DNA of 64,000 bases from Eledone cirrhosa. Its lineage: Eukaryota. Below the pieces are notes generated by a model. It was not told where the DNA came from, searched no databases, and saw only the letters and a list, made by a program, of their open reading frames with translations. The position numbers and the translations under genes are program-made. Below are positions 42,778-58,300 of the stretch, piece by piece. Location: NCBI GenBank assembly GCA_964016885.1, contig OZ024740.1, forward strand, positions 435,550,001-435,614,000, given 5' to 3'. The stretch's first letter is position 1. Every line of letters begins with the position of its first letter.

Positions 42778-42875
42778 CCTCTTCCTGCTATATCAAGCGT
42801 TAACTTAATATATCCCTTCCATATACTGTACCAATTGTTATTTCTGTTTACCTTTTACACACACACACGCATAAC

Positions 42876-43206
42876 ATCATCATTTCATTTTACGTCCGCT
42901 TTTTCCCTGCTTGCAAGGGTGGGACGGGAACTGATTCTGGCTTGATTTCTACAGTTGGATGCCCTTCCTAACACCAACCTCATTTACAGCTGGGTGCTTT
43001 TTTGCCATGGCACCTCCGCGACCACTTTGCAGTGGAATGATATGGACCCCAGTCCCTATCATCCCATTTCTACAGCTGAGAAAACTGGAGCAGTGTGAAA
43101 TAAAGTGTCTTGCTCAAGGAAACAACACATAACCCGGTCTGAGAATTGAACTCATAACCTTTAGATTGCAAGGCCAATGCTCTAACCACTAAGCCATGTG
43201 CCTCCA
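42876..43206 (-). mobile_element. SINE1, full length
   Basis: Near-identical to 8148-8487. Confidence 0.9.
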
Positions 43207-43212
43207 TATATA

Positions 43213-44057
43213 CAGGGTGCGGACGATATTTGTTCGGAAAATTACTGTCTAGGAAAAAGTAACACAGTAGTTTTATTTTTTAAGATATATTTATCAAACT
43301 TGATAAATATATTTATATCAAAACTCGATAAACCCGCCTTGGCTTTGATGACGGCCTCAAGGCAGCCTCGGAACCGGCTACAGGCCTTCGTCATTCTCCC
43401 CTGACTTAGACCCCTAAAGGCACTGTTGATCCTGGCCTTCAGATCGTCTTTCGTATTGCAGCTAGATCTGTTGGTGTCTCGTTCCACTGCACCCCACACA
43501 AAGAAGTCGAGGGGGTTGCAGTCAGGCGAGCTAGGAGGCCAGATGTCGGGTGAAGTGTGGTCGACGAAGTTCTCTGACAGCCAGGCTTGGGTCTTTCGGC
43601 TGGTATGGCAGGGCACTGGTATGGCAGCTATCTGGTTGATCCAGGGCTTTACTACCTCGCTCAGAACGCGGATGTAGCCATCAGTGTTCAGCTTGAGGCC
43701 CTCAGGGAAGAAGTGAGGTTGCATGACGTCACCTTGCCTGCTGACGACACCTAAAACCAATGTTGTTGCTGCAAACTTTGTCTGCATGACTCTGGGCACG
43801 TCTTTGGATGAGACAGCGACCCACCTATTGTTCTGGGAGTTGATCTTCTGGTCTTATTTGTTCTCCCGGCGCGGATTCCAAGAACTCCGTGTCTCTTCCA
43901 CAAATTTGGAGGTTCAAAATTATTCATAATCAATTATTCTGAAAATAAATAGAAATATAGTTACTGTTTTTATGAAGACAAGAGTGACAACGGAAGTAAA
44001 AAAAATTTGCATAAAATTAGCAGTTGAAAATTGCAAACAGATGTTGTCCACACCCTG
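43213..44057 (-). mobile_element. Tc1/mariner DNA transposon (maT/DD37D-like), internally deleted
   Basis: Imperfect ~27-bp TIRs CAGGGTGYGGACRAYATYTGTT; TA target duplication; transposase remnant WPPSSPDCNPLDFFVWG. Confidence 0.88.
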
Positions 44058-44352
44058 TATATATGTACATTTTATAAAAATGACTTCTACAGAACTACAA
44101 CTATTATGAAAAAGTTCTAGTCCTGTAGAAGTTAAATTGTAGCAGCCTTGCTGCTCCTTTGGATCCAGCAGTGTTGTAGAGAGAGGGGGACATGCTGCAT
44201 GGGCAATATCCTGTCCTCCAAATCACATCACCCAGGCTTGTATGCAGCCACTCCATTCTATGCATCACTAATGTATTAAGTACCTTTATTAACAGTGGTC
44301 GCCTCCTGATTTACATCTAGAATCTACATGTATCTATTTGTGTGTATGTATA

Positions 44353-45053
44353 TCATCATCATCATCATCATCAACGTTTAACGTCCGTGTTCCACGCTTG
44401 CATGGGTTTGGACGGGGGTTTTCCCACTTGAGGTAAGAGTGATTGTCTTGCTCGCATAGGACTGTCTGGCAGGTTTTCTACAGTTGGATGCCCTTCCTAA
44501 CACCAACCACATTTACAGTGTGGGTCTGGGAGGTTTTTACCGTGTTGCCTACACGGCCACATTACAGCGTGGACTGTGTGTTTTTTTGTCGTGACTCCTA
44601 CACGATCTCATTTGTTTCGGCCTGGATGGTGTGGCACCAACATAACTTTACATGGAAGGGGCGGTGTGGATGGGGTGGAGGTGGTGGGACGGGGGTGTAT
44701 TTTGTTAGAGATGCCTACTGGCTGTAGTAGGTTTTACTATGTATTTAGGTAAGGCGGGTCTTCTCTATTACTGAGTACCGCCAAAGGTCTTGGTCCAGTG
44801 ACATTGTCTTGGAGAGGTGTAAGTGTGTGAGGTCGGAATTTATTAGGTCGTCCCAGGTTTTTCTGGGTCTGCCTATTCCGTGGCTACCGTCTATCTTTAT
44901 TGCCCTGCACTTTGTTATACAGCTATCGTCCTTCATGCGCATCACGTGTCCATACCAACGTAGCCTTCTCTCGAGTAAACAACATCTGATCCCTCTTATT
45001 TCTAATTTTTTCCTTAGTTCGTTTATGCTTTGCCGTTCACGTATATTACTATT

Positions 45054-45058
<5 letters not shown>
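44353..45058 (-). mobile_element. RTE LINE family A, 5'-truncated
   Basis: ORF 44745-45065 and family A 3' UTR. Confidence 0.92.
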
Positions 45059-45094
<36 letters not shown>

Positions 45095-45230
45095 GTGTGT
45101 GTGTGAGAGAATCTCGGGTTCAATTGGGGCTAACCACAGTTAGTAAGGTACTCAATACATTTGTAGAGTGTAAATATCAAGTTTTCTTGATGATTTCTTT
45201 TGAATGAAACACTTCTAGTCCTGTATAAGC

Positions 45231-45279
<49 letters not shown>

Positions 45280-46324
45280 ATATATATATATTAAAATCTG
45301 TTTATATCTAAAGTAAATCCATTCTGCCAAACATAAGTGTTTTCTTGTTGTAACAGGTTTACTTGTTCACTTGGTTTTATTCCTAGGTGATAATTACTAT
45401 GTTAACTATATTACAGACCTCTACACTTTCTTACCTGGACAACACTATGTATAATTAACAAAGTGTGTAAATGACTATCTACTAGTGCAATTGGGTGATG
45501 TTGTCCCACCACCCACCACACATAAGTCAAAGGTATTCAAGTTGTGATGACCATCTCATTTGTTTTTCAGACGAGTTTCGTGTTTCTAGGATTACATTAA
45601 TCAATGTGTCCCCCTTTTTTTAAAGACAGTAGGATATAATTTGAGGGAGATTTGGCTGATATTTCGAGCATTTTGTGATAGGAATTGGAGGTGGCAGTAC
45701 TTATAGAATTTGTGTTTGTGATTCTAAATAAGTGTGAATTGTCAGAGTTGTTAGAACATCAGATCAAATGTTTTGTGTTATTAGTTCCAACTGTCCTCTC
45801 TGAGTTCAAATCCAGTTGAGGTCAACTTTGCCTTTCAACCATTTGAGGCTGATAAAAGAAAGTACCAGTCAAATACTGTGGTCTTCCTCTATATATCTTT
45901 CTCACTTCCTCTCTCTCACTTTCTGTCATTCTCTGGAAGTAATCTTTATTCAGACCTGGAGAGGAGACGGGCTCTCTCAGGCCTTAAAATACCCTATATC
46001 AATACAGTGCCCCTACAACTGCAGAAGGTACAGGACCATACCTACATCTCATTCTAAACACCTGTAGAATATAACTTTTTCTGGTTTTGTTAGTAGCTAA
46101 TAAAACTGGTTCAAATAAAGTGTAGCAGAAATGTCAGGGAGGGTTGGTGGTTCAGATAGGTGGATGGATAGGTTAGTGGGTCAGATGTGTAGGTGGTTTG
46201 GGTGGGGTGTGTAGGTGGGTGGGTAGGTTGGTGGTTCAGGTGGGTGGGTAGAAGTTATCAGATGTGAGGTAATAGGTAATGTTACCTGCTTTAACTATCA
46301 GTACATTAGATCAAAACTTAAAAG

Positions 46325-49300
46325 TACAACTACCTCTCACTCTACAACTAGCTCTCCCTCTACAACTACCTGTCACTCTACAACTACCTCTCACTCTACA
46401 GCTACCTGTCACTCTACAACTACCTCTCACTCTACAGCTACCTCTCACTCTACAGCTACCTCTCACTCTACAACTCCCTCTCACTCTACAACTAGCTCTC
46501 CCATACAACTCCCTCTCACTCTACAACTACCTGTCACTCTACAACTACCTCTCCCTCTACAACTACCTGTCACTCTACAACTCCCTCTCACTCTACAACT
46601 ACCTCTCACTCTACAGCTACCTGTCACTCTACAACTACCTCTCACTCTACAACTACCTCTCACTCTACAGCTACCTGTCACTCTACAACTACCTCTCACT
46701 CTACAGCTACCTCTCACTCTACAGCTACCTGTCACTCTACAGCTACCTGTCACTCTACAACTACCTCTCACTCTACAGCTACCTCTCACTCTACAACTAC
46801 CTCTCACTCTACAACTACCTCTCACTCTACAACTAGCTGTCCCCCTACAACTACCTCTCACTCTACAGCTACCTCTCACTCTACAACTACCTCTCACTCT
46901 ACAACTACCCGTCCCTCTACAACTACCTGTCCCTCTACAACTACCTCTCACTTTACAACTCCCTCTCACTCTACAACTCCCTCTCACTCTACAACTACCT
47001 GTCACTCTACAACTACCTCTCCCTCTACAACTACCTGTCACTCTACAACTACCTCTCACTCTACAGCTACCTCTCACTCTACAGCTACCTGTCACTCTAC
47101 AACTACCTCTCACTCTACAGCTACCTCTCACTCTACAGCTACCTGTCCCTCTACAACTCCCTCTCACTCTACAACTCCCTCTCACTCTACAACTCCCTCT
47201 CACTCTACAACTACCTCTCACTCTACAACTACCTGTCCTTCTACAACTACCTCTCACTCTACAACTACCTCTCACTCTACAACTACCTCTCACTCTACAA
47301 CTACCTCTCACTCTACATCTACCTGTCACTCTACAACTACCTCTCACTCTACAACTAGCTGTCCCTCTACAACTACCTCTCACTCAACAACTCCCTCTCA
47401 CTCTACAACTACCCGTCACTCTACAACTACCTATCCCTCTACAACTACCTCTCACTCTACAACTACCTGTCACTCTACAACTACCTCTCACTCTACAACT
47501 ACCTCTCACTCTACAACTACCTCTCACTCTACATCTACCTGTCACTCTACAACTACCTCTCACTCTACAACTAGCTGTCCCTCTGCAACTACCTCTCACT
47601 CTACAACTACCTGTCACTCTACAACTACCTCTCACTCTACAACTACCTCTCACTCTACAGCTCCCTCTCACTCTACAACTACCTCTCACTCTACAACTAC
47701 CTCTCACTCTACAACTACCTCTCAGTCTACAACTATCTCTCACTCTACAGCTACATGTCCCTCTACAACTACCTCTCACTCTACAACTACCTCTCATTCT
47801 ACAACTACCTCTCACTCTACAACTACCTCTCACTCTACAACTACCTCTCACTCTACAGCTACCTGTCACTCTACAACTACCTCTCACTCTACAGCTACCT
47901 GTCACTCTTCAACTACCTCTCACTCTACAACTACCTCTCACTCTACAACTAGCTGTCCCTCTACAACTACCTGTCACTCTACAACTACCTCTCACTCTAC
48001 AACTCCCTCTCACTCTACAACTACCCGTCACTTTACAACTACCTGCCCCTCTACAACTACCTCTCACTCTACAACTATCTCTCACTCTACGACTACCTCT
48101 CACTCTACAACTACCTCTCACTCTACAACTACCTCTCACTCTACAACTAGCTGTCCCTCTACAACTACCTCTCACTCTACAACTACCTCTCACTCTACAA
48201 CTACCTCTCACTCTACAACTACCTCTCACTCTACAACTACCTCTCACTCTACAACTACCTCTCACTCTACAACTACCTCTCACTCTACAGCTACCTGTCC
48301 CTCTACAACTACCTCTCACTCTACAACTACCTCTCACTCTACAACTACCTGTCACTCTACAACTACCTCTCACTCTACAACTACCTCTCACTCTACAACT
48401 ACCTGTCACTCTACAACTACCTCTCACTCTACAGCTACCTGTCACTCTACAGCTACCTGTCACTCTACAACTACCTCTCACTCTACAACTACCTCTCACT
48501 CTACAACTAGCTGTCCCTCTACAGCTACCTCTCACTCTACAGCTACCTCTCACTCTACAACTACCTGTCACTCTACAACTAACTCTCACTCTACAACTAC
48601 CTCTCACTCTACAGCTACCTGTCCCTCTACAACTACCTGTCCCTCTACAACTACCTCTCACTCTACAACTACCTCTCACTCTACAACTACCTCTCACTCT
48701 ACAACTAGCTGTCCCTCTACAGCTACCTGTCCCTCTACAACTATCTCTCACTCTACAACTACCTCTCCCTCTACAACTACCTCTGACTCTACAACTACCT
48801 CTCCCTCTACAACTACCTCTCACTCTACAACTACCTCTCACTCTACAGCTACCTCTCACTCTACAACTACCTCTCACTCTACAACTACCTGTCACTCTAC
48901 AACTAACTCTCACTCTACAACTACCTCTCACTCTACAGCTACCTGTCCCTCTACAACTACCTGTCACTCTACAACTACCTGTCACTCTATAACTACCTGT
49001 CACTCTACAACTACCTGTCACTCTACAACTACCTGTCACTCTACAACTACCTGTCCCTCTACAACTACCTCTCACTCTACAACTACCTGTCACTCTACAA
49101 CTACCTGTCACTCTACAACTACCTCTCCCTCTACAACTACCTCTCGCTCTACAACTACCTATCCCTCTACAACTCTCTCTACAACTACCTCTCCCTCTAC
49201 AACTACCTCTCCCTCTACAACTACCTCTCCCTCTACAACTACCTCTCCCTCTACAACTACCTCTCCCTCTACAACTACCTCTCACTCTACAACTACCTCT

Positions 49301-52300
49301 CGCTCTACAACTACCTCTCGCTCTACAACTACCTCTTGCTCTACAACTACCTCTCCCTCTACAACTACCTCTCACTCTAGAACTACCTCTCCCTCTACAA
49401 CTATCTCTCCCTCTACAACTACCTCTTCCTCTACAACTACCTCTCCCTCTACAACTACCTCTCACTCTACAACTACCTCTCACTCTACAGCTACCTCTCA
49501 CTCTACAGCCTCCCGTCCCTCTACAGCTACCTCTCACTCTACAACTACCTCTCACTCTACAACTACCTCTCCCACTACAACTACCTCTCCCTCTACAACT
49601 ACCTATCCCTCTACAACTACCTGTCCCTCTACAACTACCTCTCACTCTACAACTAGCTGTCCCCCTACAACTACCTCTCACTCTACAACTACCTCTCACT
49701 CTACAACTACCTCTCACTCTACAACTACCCGTCCCTCTACAACTACCTGTCCCTCTACAACTACCTCTCACTTTACAACTCCCTCTCATTCTACAACTCC
49801 CTCTCACTCTACAACTACCTGTCACTCTACAACTACCTCTCCCTCTACAACTACCTGTCACTCTACAACTACCTCTCACTCTACAGCTACCTCTCACTCT
49901 ACAGCTACCTGTCACTCTACAACTACCTCTCACTCTACAGCTACCTCTCACTCTACAGCTACATGTCCCTCTACAACTCCCTCTCACTCTACAACTCCCT
50001 CTCACTCTACAACTCCCTCTCACTCTACAACTACCCGTCCCTCTACAACTACCTGTCCTTCTACAACTACCTCTCACTCTACAACTACCTCTCACTCTAC
50101 AACTACCTCTCACTCTACAACTACCTCTCACTCTACAACTACCTCTCACTCTACATCTACCTGTCACTCTACAACTACCTCTCACTCTACAACTAGCTGT
50201 CCTTCTACAACTACCTCTCACTCAACAACTCCCTCTCACTCTACAACTACCCGTCACTCTACAACTACCTATCCCTCTACAACTACCTCTCACTCTACAA
50301 CTACCTGTCACTCTACAACTACCTCTCACTCTACAACTACCTCTCACTCTACAACTACCTCTCACTCTACATCTACCTGTCACTCTACAACTACCTCTCA
50401 CTCTACAACTAGCTGTCCCTCTGCAACTACCTCTCACTCTACAACTACCTGTCACTCTACAACTACCTCTCACTCTACAACTACCTCTCACTCTACAGCT
50501 CCCTCTCACTCTACAACTACCTCTCACTCTACAACTACCTCTCAGTCTACAACTACCTCTCACTCTACAGCTACCTGTCCCTCTACAACTACCTCTCACT
50601 CTACAACTACCTCTCATTCTACAACTACCTCTCACTCTACAACTACCTCTCACTCTACAACTACCTCTCACTCTACAGCTACCTGTCACTCTACAACTAC
50701 CTCTCACTCTACAGCTACCTGTCACTCTTCAACTACCTCTCACTCTACAACTAGCTGTCCCTCTACAACTACCTGTCACTCTACAACTACCTCTCACTCT
50801 ACAACTCCCTCTCACTCTACAACTACCCGTCACTTTACAACTACCTGCCCCTCTACAACTACCTCTCACTCTACAACTATCTCTCACTCTACGACTACCT
50901 CTCACTCTACAACTACCTCTCACTCTACAACTACCTCTCACTCTACAACTAGCTGTCCCTCTACAACTACCTCTCACTCTACAACTACCTCTCACTCTAC
51001 AACTACCTCTCTCTCTACAACTACCTCTCACTCTACAACTACCTCTCACTCTACAACTACCTCTCACTCTACAACTACCTCTCACTCTACAACTACCTGT
51101 CACTCTACAACTACCTCTCACTCTACAACTACCTCTCACTCTACAACTACCTGTCACTCTACAACTACCTCTCACTCTACAGCTACCTGTCACTCTACAG
51201 CTACCTGTCACTCTACAACTACCTCTCACTCTACAACTACCTCTCACTCTACAACTAGCTGTCCCTCTACAGCTACCTCTCACTCTACAGCTACCTCTCA
51301 CTCTACAACTACCTCTCACTCTACAACTACCTGTCACTCTACAACTAACTCTCACTCTACAACTACCTCTCACTCTACAGCTACCTGTCCCTCTACAACT
51401 ACCTGTCCCTCTACAACTACCTCTCACTCTACAACTACCTCTCACTCTACAACTACCTCTCACTCTACAACTAGCTGTCCCTCTACAGCTACCTGTCCCT
51501 CTACAACTATCTCTCACTCTACAACTACCTCTCCCTCTACAACTACCTCTGACTCTACAACTACCTCTCCCTCTACAACTACCTCTCACTCTACAACTAC
51601 CTCTCACTCTACAGCTACCTCTCACTCTACAACTACCTCTCACTCTACAACTACCTGTCACTCTACAACTAACTCTCACTCTACAACTACCTCTCACTCT
51701 ACAGCTACCTGTCCCTCTACAACTACCTGTCACTCTACAACTACCTGTCACTCTACAACTACCTGTCACTCTACAACTACCTGTCACTCTACAACTACCT
51801 GTCACTCTACAACTACCTGTCACTCTACAACTACCTGTCCCTCTACAACTACCTCTCACTCTACAACTACCTGTCACTCTACAACTACCTGTCACTCTAC
51901 AACTACCTCTCCCTCTACAACTACCTCTCGCTCTACAACTACCTATCCCTCTACAACTCTCTCTACAACTACCTCTCCCTCTACAACTACCTCTCCCTCT
52001 ACAACTACCTCTCCCTCTACAACTACCTCTCACTCTACAACTACCTCTCGCTCTACAACTACCTCTTGCTCTACAACTACCTCTCCCTCTACAACTACCT
52101 CTCACTCTAGAACTACCTCTCCCTCTACAACTACCTCTCCCTCTACAACTATCTCTCCCTCTACAACTACCTCTTCCTCTACAACTACCTCTCCCTCTAC
52201 AACTACCTCTCACTCTACAACTACCTCTCACTCTACAGCTACCTCTCACTCTACAGCCTCCCGTCCCTCTACAGCTACCTCTCACTCTACAACTACCTCT

Positions 52301-55300
52301 CACTCTACAACTACCTCTCCCACTACAACTACCTCTCCCTCTACAACTACCTATCCCTCTACAACTACCTGTCCCTCTACAACTACCTCTCACTCTACAA
52401 CTACCTCTCACTCTACAACTACCTCTCACTCTACAACTACCTCTCACTCTACAACTACCTCTCACTCTACAACTACCTGTCCCTCTACAACTACCTCTCA
52501 CTCTACAACTACCTCTCACTCTACAACTACCTCTCACTCTACAGCTACCTGTCCCTCTACAACTACCTGTCACTCTACAACTACCTCTCACTCTACAACT
52601 ACCTCTAACTTTACAGCTACCTGTCACTCTACAACTACCTCTCACTCTACAACTACCTCTCACTCTACAACTACCTCTCACTCTACAACTACCTCTCACT
52701 CTACAACTACCTCTCACTCTACAACTACCTGTCCCTCTACAGCAACCTCTCCCTCTACAACTACCTCTCCCTCTACAACTACCTGTCACTCTACAACTAC
52801 CTCTAACTCTACAACTACCTCTCGCTCTACAACTACCTGTCCCTCTACAACTACCTCTCACTCTACAACTACCTCTCACTCTACAACTACCTGTCCCTCT
52901 ACAGCAACCTCTCCCTCTACAACTACCTCTCCCTCTACAACTACCTGTCACTCTACAACTACCTCTCACTCTACAACTACCTCTCACTCTACAACTACCT
53001 CTCACTCTACAACTACCTGTCCCTCTACAGCAACCTCTCCCTCTACAACTACCTCTCACTCTACAACTACCTCTCACTCTACAACTACCTCTCACTCTAC
53101 AACTACCTCTCACTCTACAACTACCTGTCACTCTACAACTACCTGTCACTCTACAACTACCTCTCACTCTACAACTACCTGTCACTCTACAACTACCTCT
53201 CACTCTACAACTACCTGTCACTCTACAACTACCTCTCGCTCTACAACTACCTCTCGATCTACAGCTACCTGTCACTCTACAACTACCTCTCACTCTACAA
53301 CTACCTCTCACTCTACAGCTACCTCTCACTCTACAGCTACCTCTCACTCTACAAATACCTCTCACTCTACAACTACCTCTCACTCTACAACTACCTCTCA
53401 CTCTACAACTACCTCTCACTCTACAACTACCTCTCACTCTACAACTACCTCTCACTCTACAACTACCTGTCACTCTACAACTACCTGTCACTCTACAACT
53501 ACCTCTCACTCTACAACTACCTGTCACTCTACAACTACCTCTCACTCTACAACTACCTGTCACTCTACAACTACCTCTCACTCTACAACTACCTCTCCCT
53601 CTACAACTACCTCTGACTCTACAACTACCTCTCCCTCTACAACTACCTCTCACTCTACGATTACCTCTCACTCTACAGCTACCTCTCACTCTACAAATAC
53701 CCCTCACTCCACAACTACCTCTCACTCTACAACTACCTCTCACTCTACAGCTACCTGTCACTCTGCAACTACCTCTCACTCTACAACTAGCTGTCCCTCT
53801 ACAACTACCTCTCACCCTACAGCTACCTCTCACTCTACAACTACCTCTCCCTCTACAACTACCTCTCACTCTATAACTACCTCTCACTCTACAACTACCT
53901 CTCACTCTACAACTACCTCTCCCTCTACAACTACCTCTCACTCTACAACTACCTCTCAGTCTACAACTACCTCTCAGCCTACAACTACCTCTCACTCTAC
54001 AACTACCTCTCACTCTACAACTACATCTCCCTCTACAACTACCTCTCAGTCTACAACTACCTCTCACTCTACAACTACCTGTCCCTCTACAACTACCTCT
54101 CACTCTACAACTACCTCTCCCTCTACAACTACCTCTGACTCTACAACTACCTCTCCCTCTACAACTACCTCTCACTCTACAACTACCTCTCACTCTACAG
54201 CTACCTCTCACTCTACAACTACCTCTCACTCTACAACTACCTGTCACTCTACAACTAACTCTCACTCTACAACTACCTCTCACTCTACAGCTACCTGTCA
54301 CTCTACAACTACCTGTCACTCTACAACTACCTGTCACTCTACAACTACCTGTCACTCTACAACTACCTGTCACTCTACAACTACATGTCCCTCTACAACT
54401 ACCTCTCACTCTACAACTACCTGTCACTCTACAACTACCTGTCACTCTACAACTACCTCTCCCTCTACAACTACCTCTCGCTCTACAACTACCTATCCCT
54501 CTACAACTCTCTCTACAACTACCTCTCCCTCTACAACTACCTCTCCCTCTACAACTACCTCTCCCTCTACAACTACCTCTCCCTCTACGACTACCTCTCC
54601 CTCTACAACTACCTCTCGCTCTACAACTACCTCTTGCTCTACAACTACCTCTCCCTCTACAACTACCTCTCACTCTAGAACTACCTCTCCCTCTACAACT
54701 ACCTCTCCCTCTACAACTATCTCTCCCTCTACAACTACCTCTTCCTCTACAACTACCTCTCCCTCTACAACTACCTCTCACTCTACAACTACCTCTCACT
54801 CTACAGCTACCTCTCACTCTACAGCCTCCCGTCCCTCTACAGCTACCTCTCACTCTACAACTACCTCTCACTCTACAACTACCTCTCACTCTACAACTAC
54901 CTCTCCCACTACAACTACCTCTCCCTCTACAACTACCTATCCCTCTACAACTACCTGTCCCTCTACAACTACCTCTCACTCTACAACTACCTCTCACTCT
55001 ACAACTACCTCTCACTCTACAACTACCTCTCACTCTACAACTACCTGTCCCTCTACAACTACCTCTCACTCTACAACTACCTCTCACTCTACAACTACCT
55101 CTCACTCTACAGCTACCTGTCCCTCTACAACTACCTGTCACTCTACAACTACCTCTCACTCTACAGCTACCTCTCACTCTACAGCTACCTCTCACTCTAC
55201 AACTAGCTGTCCCTCTACAACTACCTCTCACTCTACAGCTATCTCTCACTCTACAACTACTTGTCCCTCTACAACTACCTCTCACTCTACAACTACCTCT

Positions 55301-58300
55301 CACTCTACAACTACCTCTCATTCTACAGCTACCTGTCCCTCTACAACTACCTCTCACTCTACAACTACCTGTCACTCTACAACTACCTCTCACTCTACAG
55401 CTACCTGTCACTCTACAACTACCTCTCACTCTGCAACTAGCTGTCCCTCTACAACTACCTTTCACTCTACAGCTACCTATCACTCTACAGCTACCTCTAA
55501 CTCTACAACTACCTCTCGCTCTACAACTACCTCTCGCTCTACAACTACCTCTCGCTCTACAACTACCTCTCGCTCTACAACTACCTCTCGCTCTACAACT
55601 ACCTCCCTCTACAACTACCTCTCGCTCTACAACTACCTCTCGCTCTACAACTACCTCTTGCTCTACAACTACCTCTCACTCTACAACTACCTCTCCCTCT
55701 ACAACTACCTCTCACTCTACAACTACCTCTCACTCTACAACTACCTCTAACTTTACAGCTACCTGTCACTCTACAACTACCTCTCACTCTACAACTACCT
55801 CTCACTCTACAACTACCTGTCCCTCTACAGCAACCTCTCCCTCTACAACTACCTCTCCCTCTACAACTACCTCTCACTCTACAACTACCTCTCACTCTAC
55901 AACTACCTCTAACTTTACAGCTACCTGTCACTCTACAACTACCTCTCACTCTACAACTACCTCTCACTCTACAACTACCTCTCACTCTACAACTACCTGT
56001 CCCTCTACAGCAACCTCTCCCTCTACAACTACCTCTCACTCTACAACTACCGCTCACTCTACAACTACCTCTCACTCTACAACTACCTCTAACTTTACAG
56101 CTACCTGTCACTCTACAACTACCTCTCACTCTACAACTACCTCTCACTCTACAACTACCTCTCACTCTACAACTACCTCTCACTCTACAACTACCTCTCA
56201 CTCTACAACTACCTGTCCCTCTACAGCAACCTCTCCCTCTACAACTACCTCTCCCTCTACAACTACCTCTAACTCTACAACTACCTCTAACTCTACAACT
56301 ACCTCTCGCTCTACAACTACCTGTCCCTCTACAGCAACCTCTCACTCTACAACTACCTCTCACTCTACAACTACCTCTCACTCTACAACTACCTCTCACT
56401 CTACAACTACCTCTCACTCTACAACTACCTGTCTCTCTACAGCAACCTCTCCCTCTACAACTACCTCTCCCTCTACAACTACCTGTCACTCTACAACTAC
56501 CTCTCACTCTACAACTACCTCTCACTCTACAACTACCTCTCACTCTACAACTACCTGTCCCTCTACAGCAACCTCTCCCTCTACAACTACCTCTCACTCT
56601 ACAACTACCTCTCACTCTACAACTACCTCTCACTCTACAACTACCTCTCACTCTACAACTACCTGTCACTCTACAACTACCTCTCACTCTACAACTACCT
56701 GTCACTCTACAACTACCTCTCACTCTACAACTACCTCTCACTCTACAACTACCTCTCACTCTACAACTACCCCTCGCTCTACAACTACCTCTCGATCTAC
56801 AGCTACCTGTCACTCTACAACTACCTCTCACTCTACAACTACCTCTCGCTCTACAACTACCCCTCACTCTACAACTACCCCTCGCTCTACAACTACCTCT
56901 CGATCTACAACTACCTCTCGATCTACAACTACCTCTCACTCTACAACTACCTCTTGCTCTACAACTAGCTGTCCCTCTACAACTACCTCTCACTCTACAA
57001 CTACCTCTCACTCTACAGCTACCTCTCGATCTACAACTACCTCTCGCTCTACAACTACCTCTCGCTCTACAACTACCTGTCACTCTACAACTACCTCTCA
57101 CTCTACAACTACCTCTCACTCTACAACTACCTGTCACTCTACAAATACCTCTCACTCTACAGATACCTCTCACTCTACAACTACCTGTCCTTCTACAACT
57201 ACCTGTCCTTCTACAACTACCTGTCCCTCTACAACTACCTCTCACTCTACAACTACCTCTCACTCTACAACTACCTGTCACTCTACAACTACCTGTCACT
57301 CTACAACTACCTGTCACTCTACAACTCCCTCTCACTCTACAACTACCTTTCACTCTACAACTACCTGTCCTTCTACAACTACCTGTCCCTCTACAACTAC
57401 CTCTCACTCTACAACTACCTCTCACTCTACAACTACCTCTCACTCTACAGCTACCTCTCGCTCTACAACTACCTCTCACTCTACAACTACCTCTCACTCT
57501 ACAGCTACCTCTCGCTCTACAACTACCTCTCGCTCTACAACTACCTCTCACTCTACAACTACCTCTCACTCTACAACTACCTCTCACTCTACAACTACCT
57601 CTCGCTCTACAACTACCTCTCACTCTACAACTACCTCTCGCTCTACAGCTACCTCTCACTCTACAGCTACCTCTCACTCTACAGCTACCTCTCACTCTAC
57701 AGCTACCTCTCACTCTACAACTACCTCTCACTCTACAACTACCTCTCGCTCTACAACTACCTCTCACTCTATAGCTACCTCTCACTCTACAACTACCTCT
57801 CACTCTATAGCTACCTCTCACTCTACAACTACCTCTCACTCTACAACTACCTGTCACTCTACAACTACCTCTCACTCTACAACTACCTGTCACTCTACAA
57901 CTACCTCTCACTCTACAACTACCTGTCACTCTACAACTACCTCTCACTCTACAACTACCCCTCGCTCTACAACTACCTCTCGATCTACAGCTACCTGTCA
58001 CTCTACAACTACCTCTCACTCTACAACTACCTCTCACTCTACAACTACCTCTCACTCTACAACTACCTCTCGCTCTACAACTACCTCTCACTCTACAACT
58101 ACCCCTCGCTCTACAACTACCTCTCGATCTACAACTACCTCTCGATCTACAACTACCTCTCACTCTACAACTACCTCTTGCTCTACAACTAGCTGTCCCT
58201 CTACAACTACCTCTCACCCTACAACTACCTCTCACTCTACAGCTACCTCTCGATCTACAACTACCTCTCGCTCTACAACTACCTCTCGCTCTACAACTAC

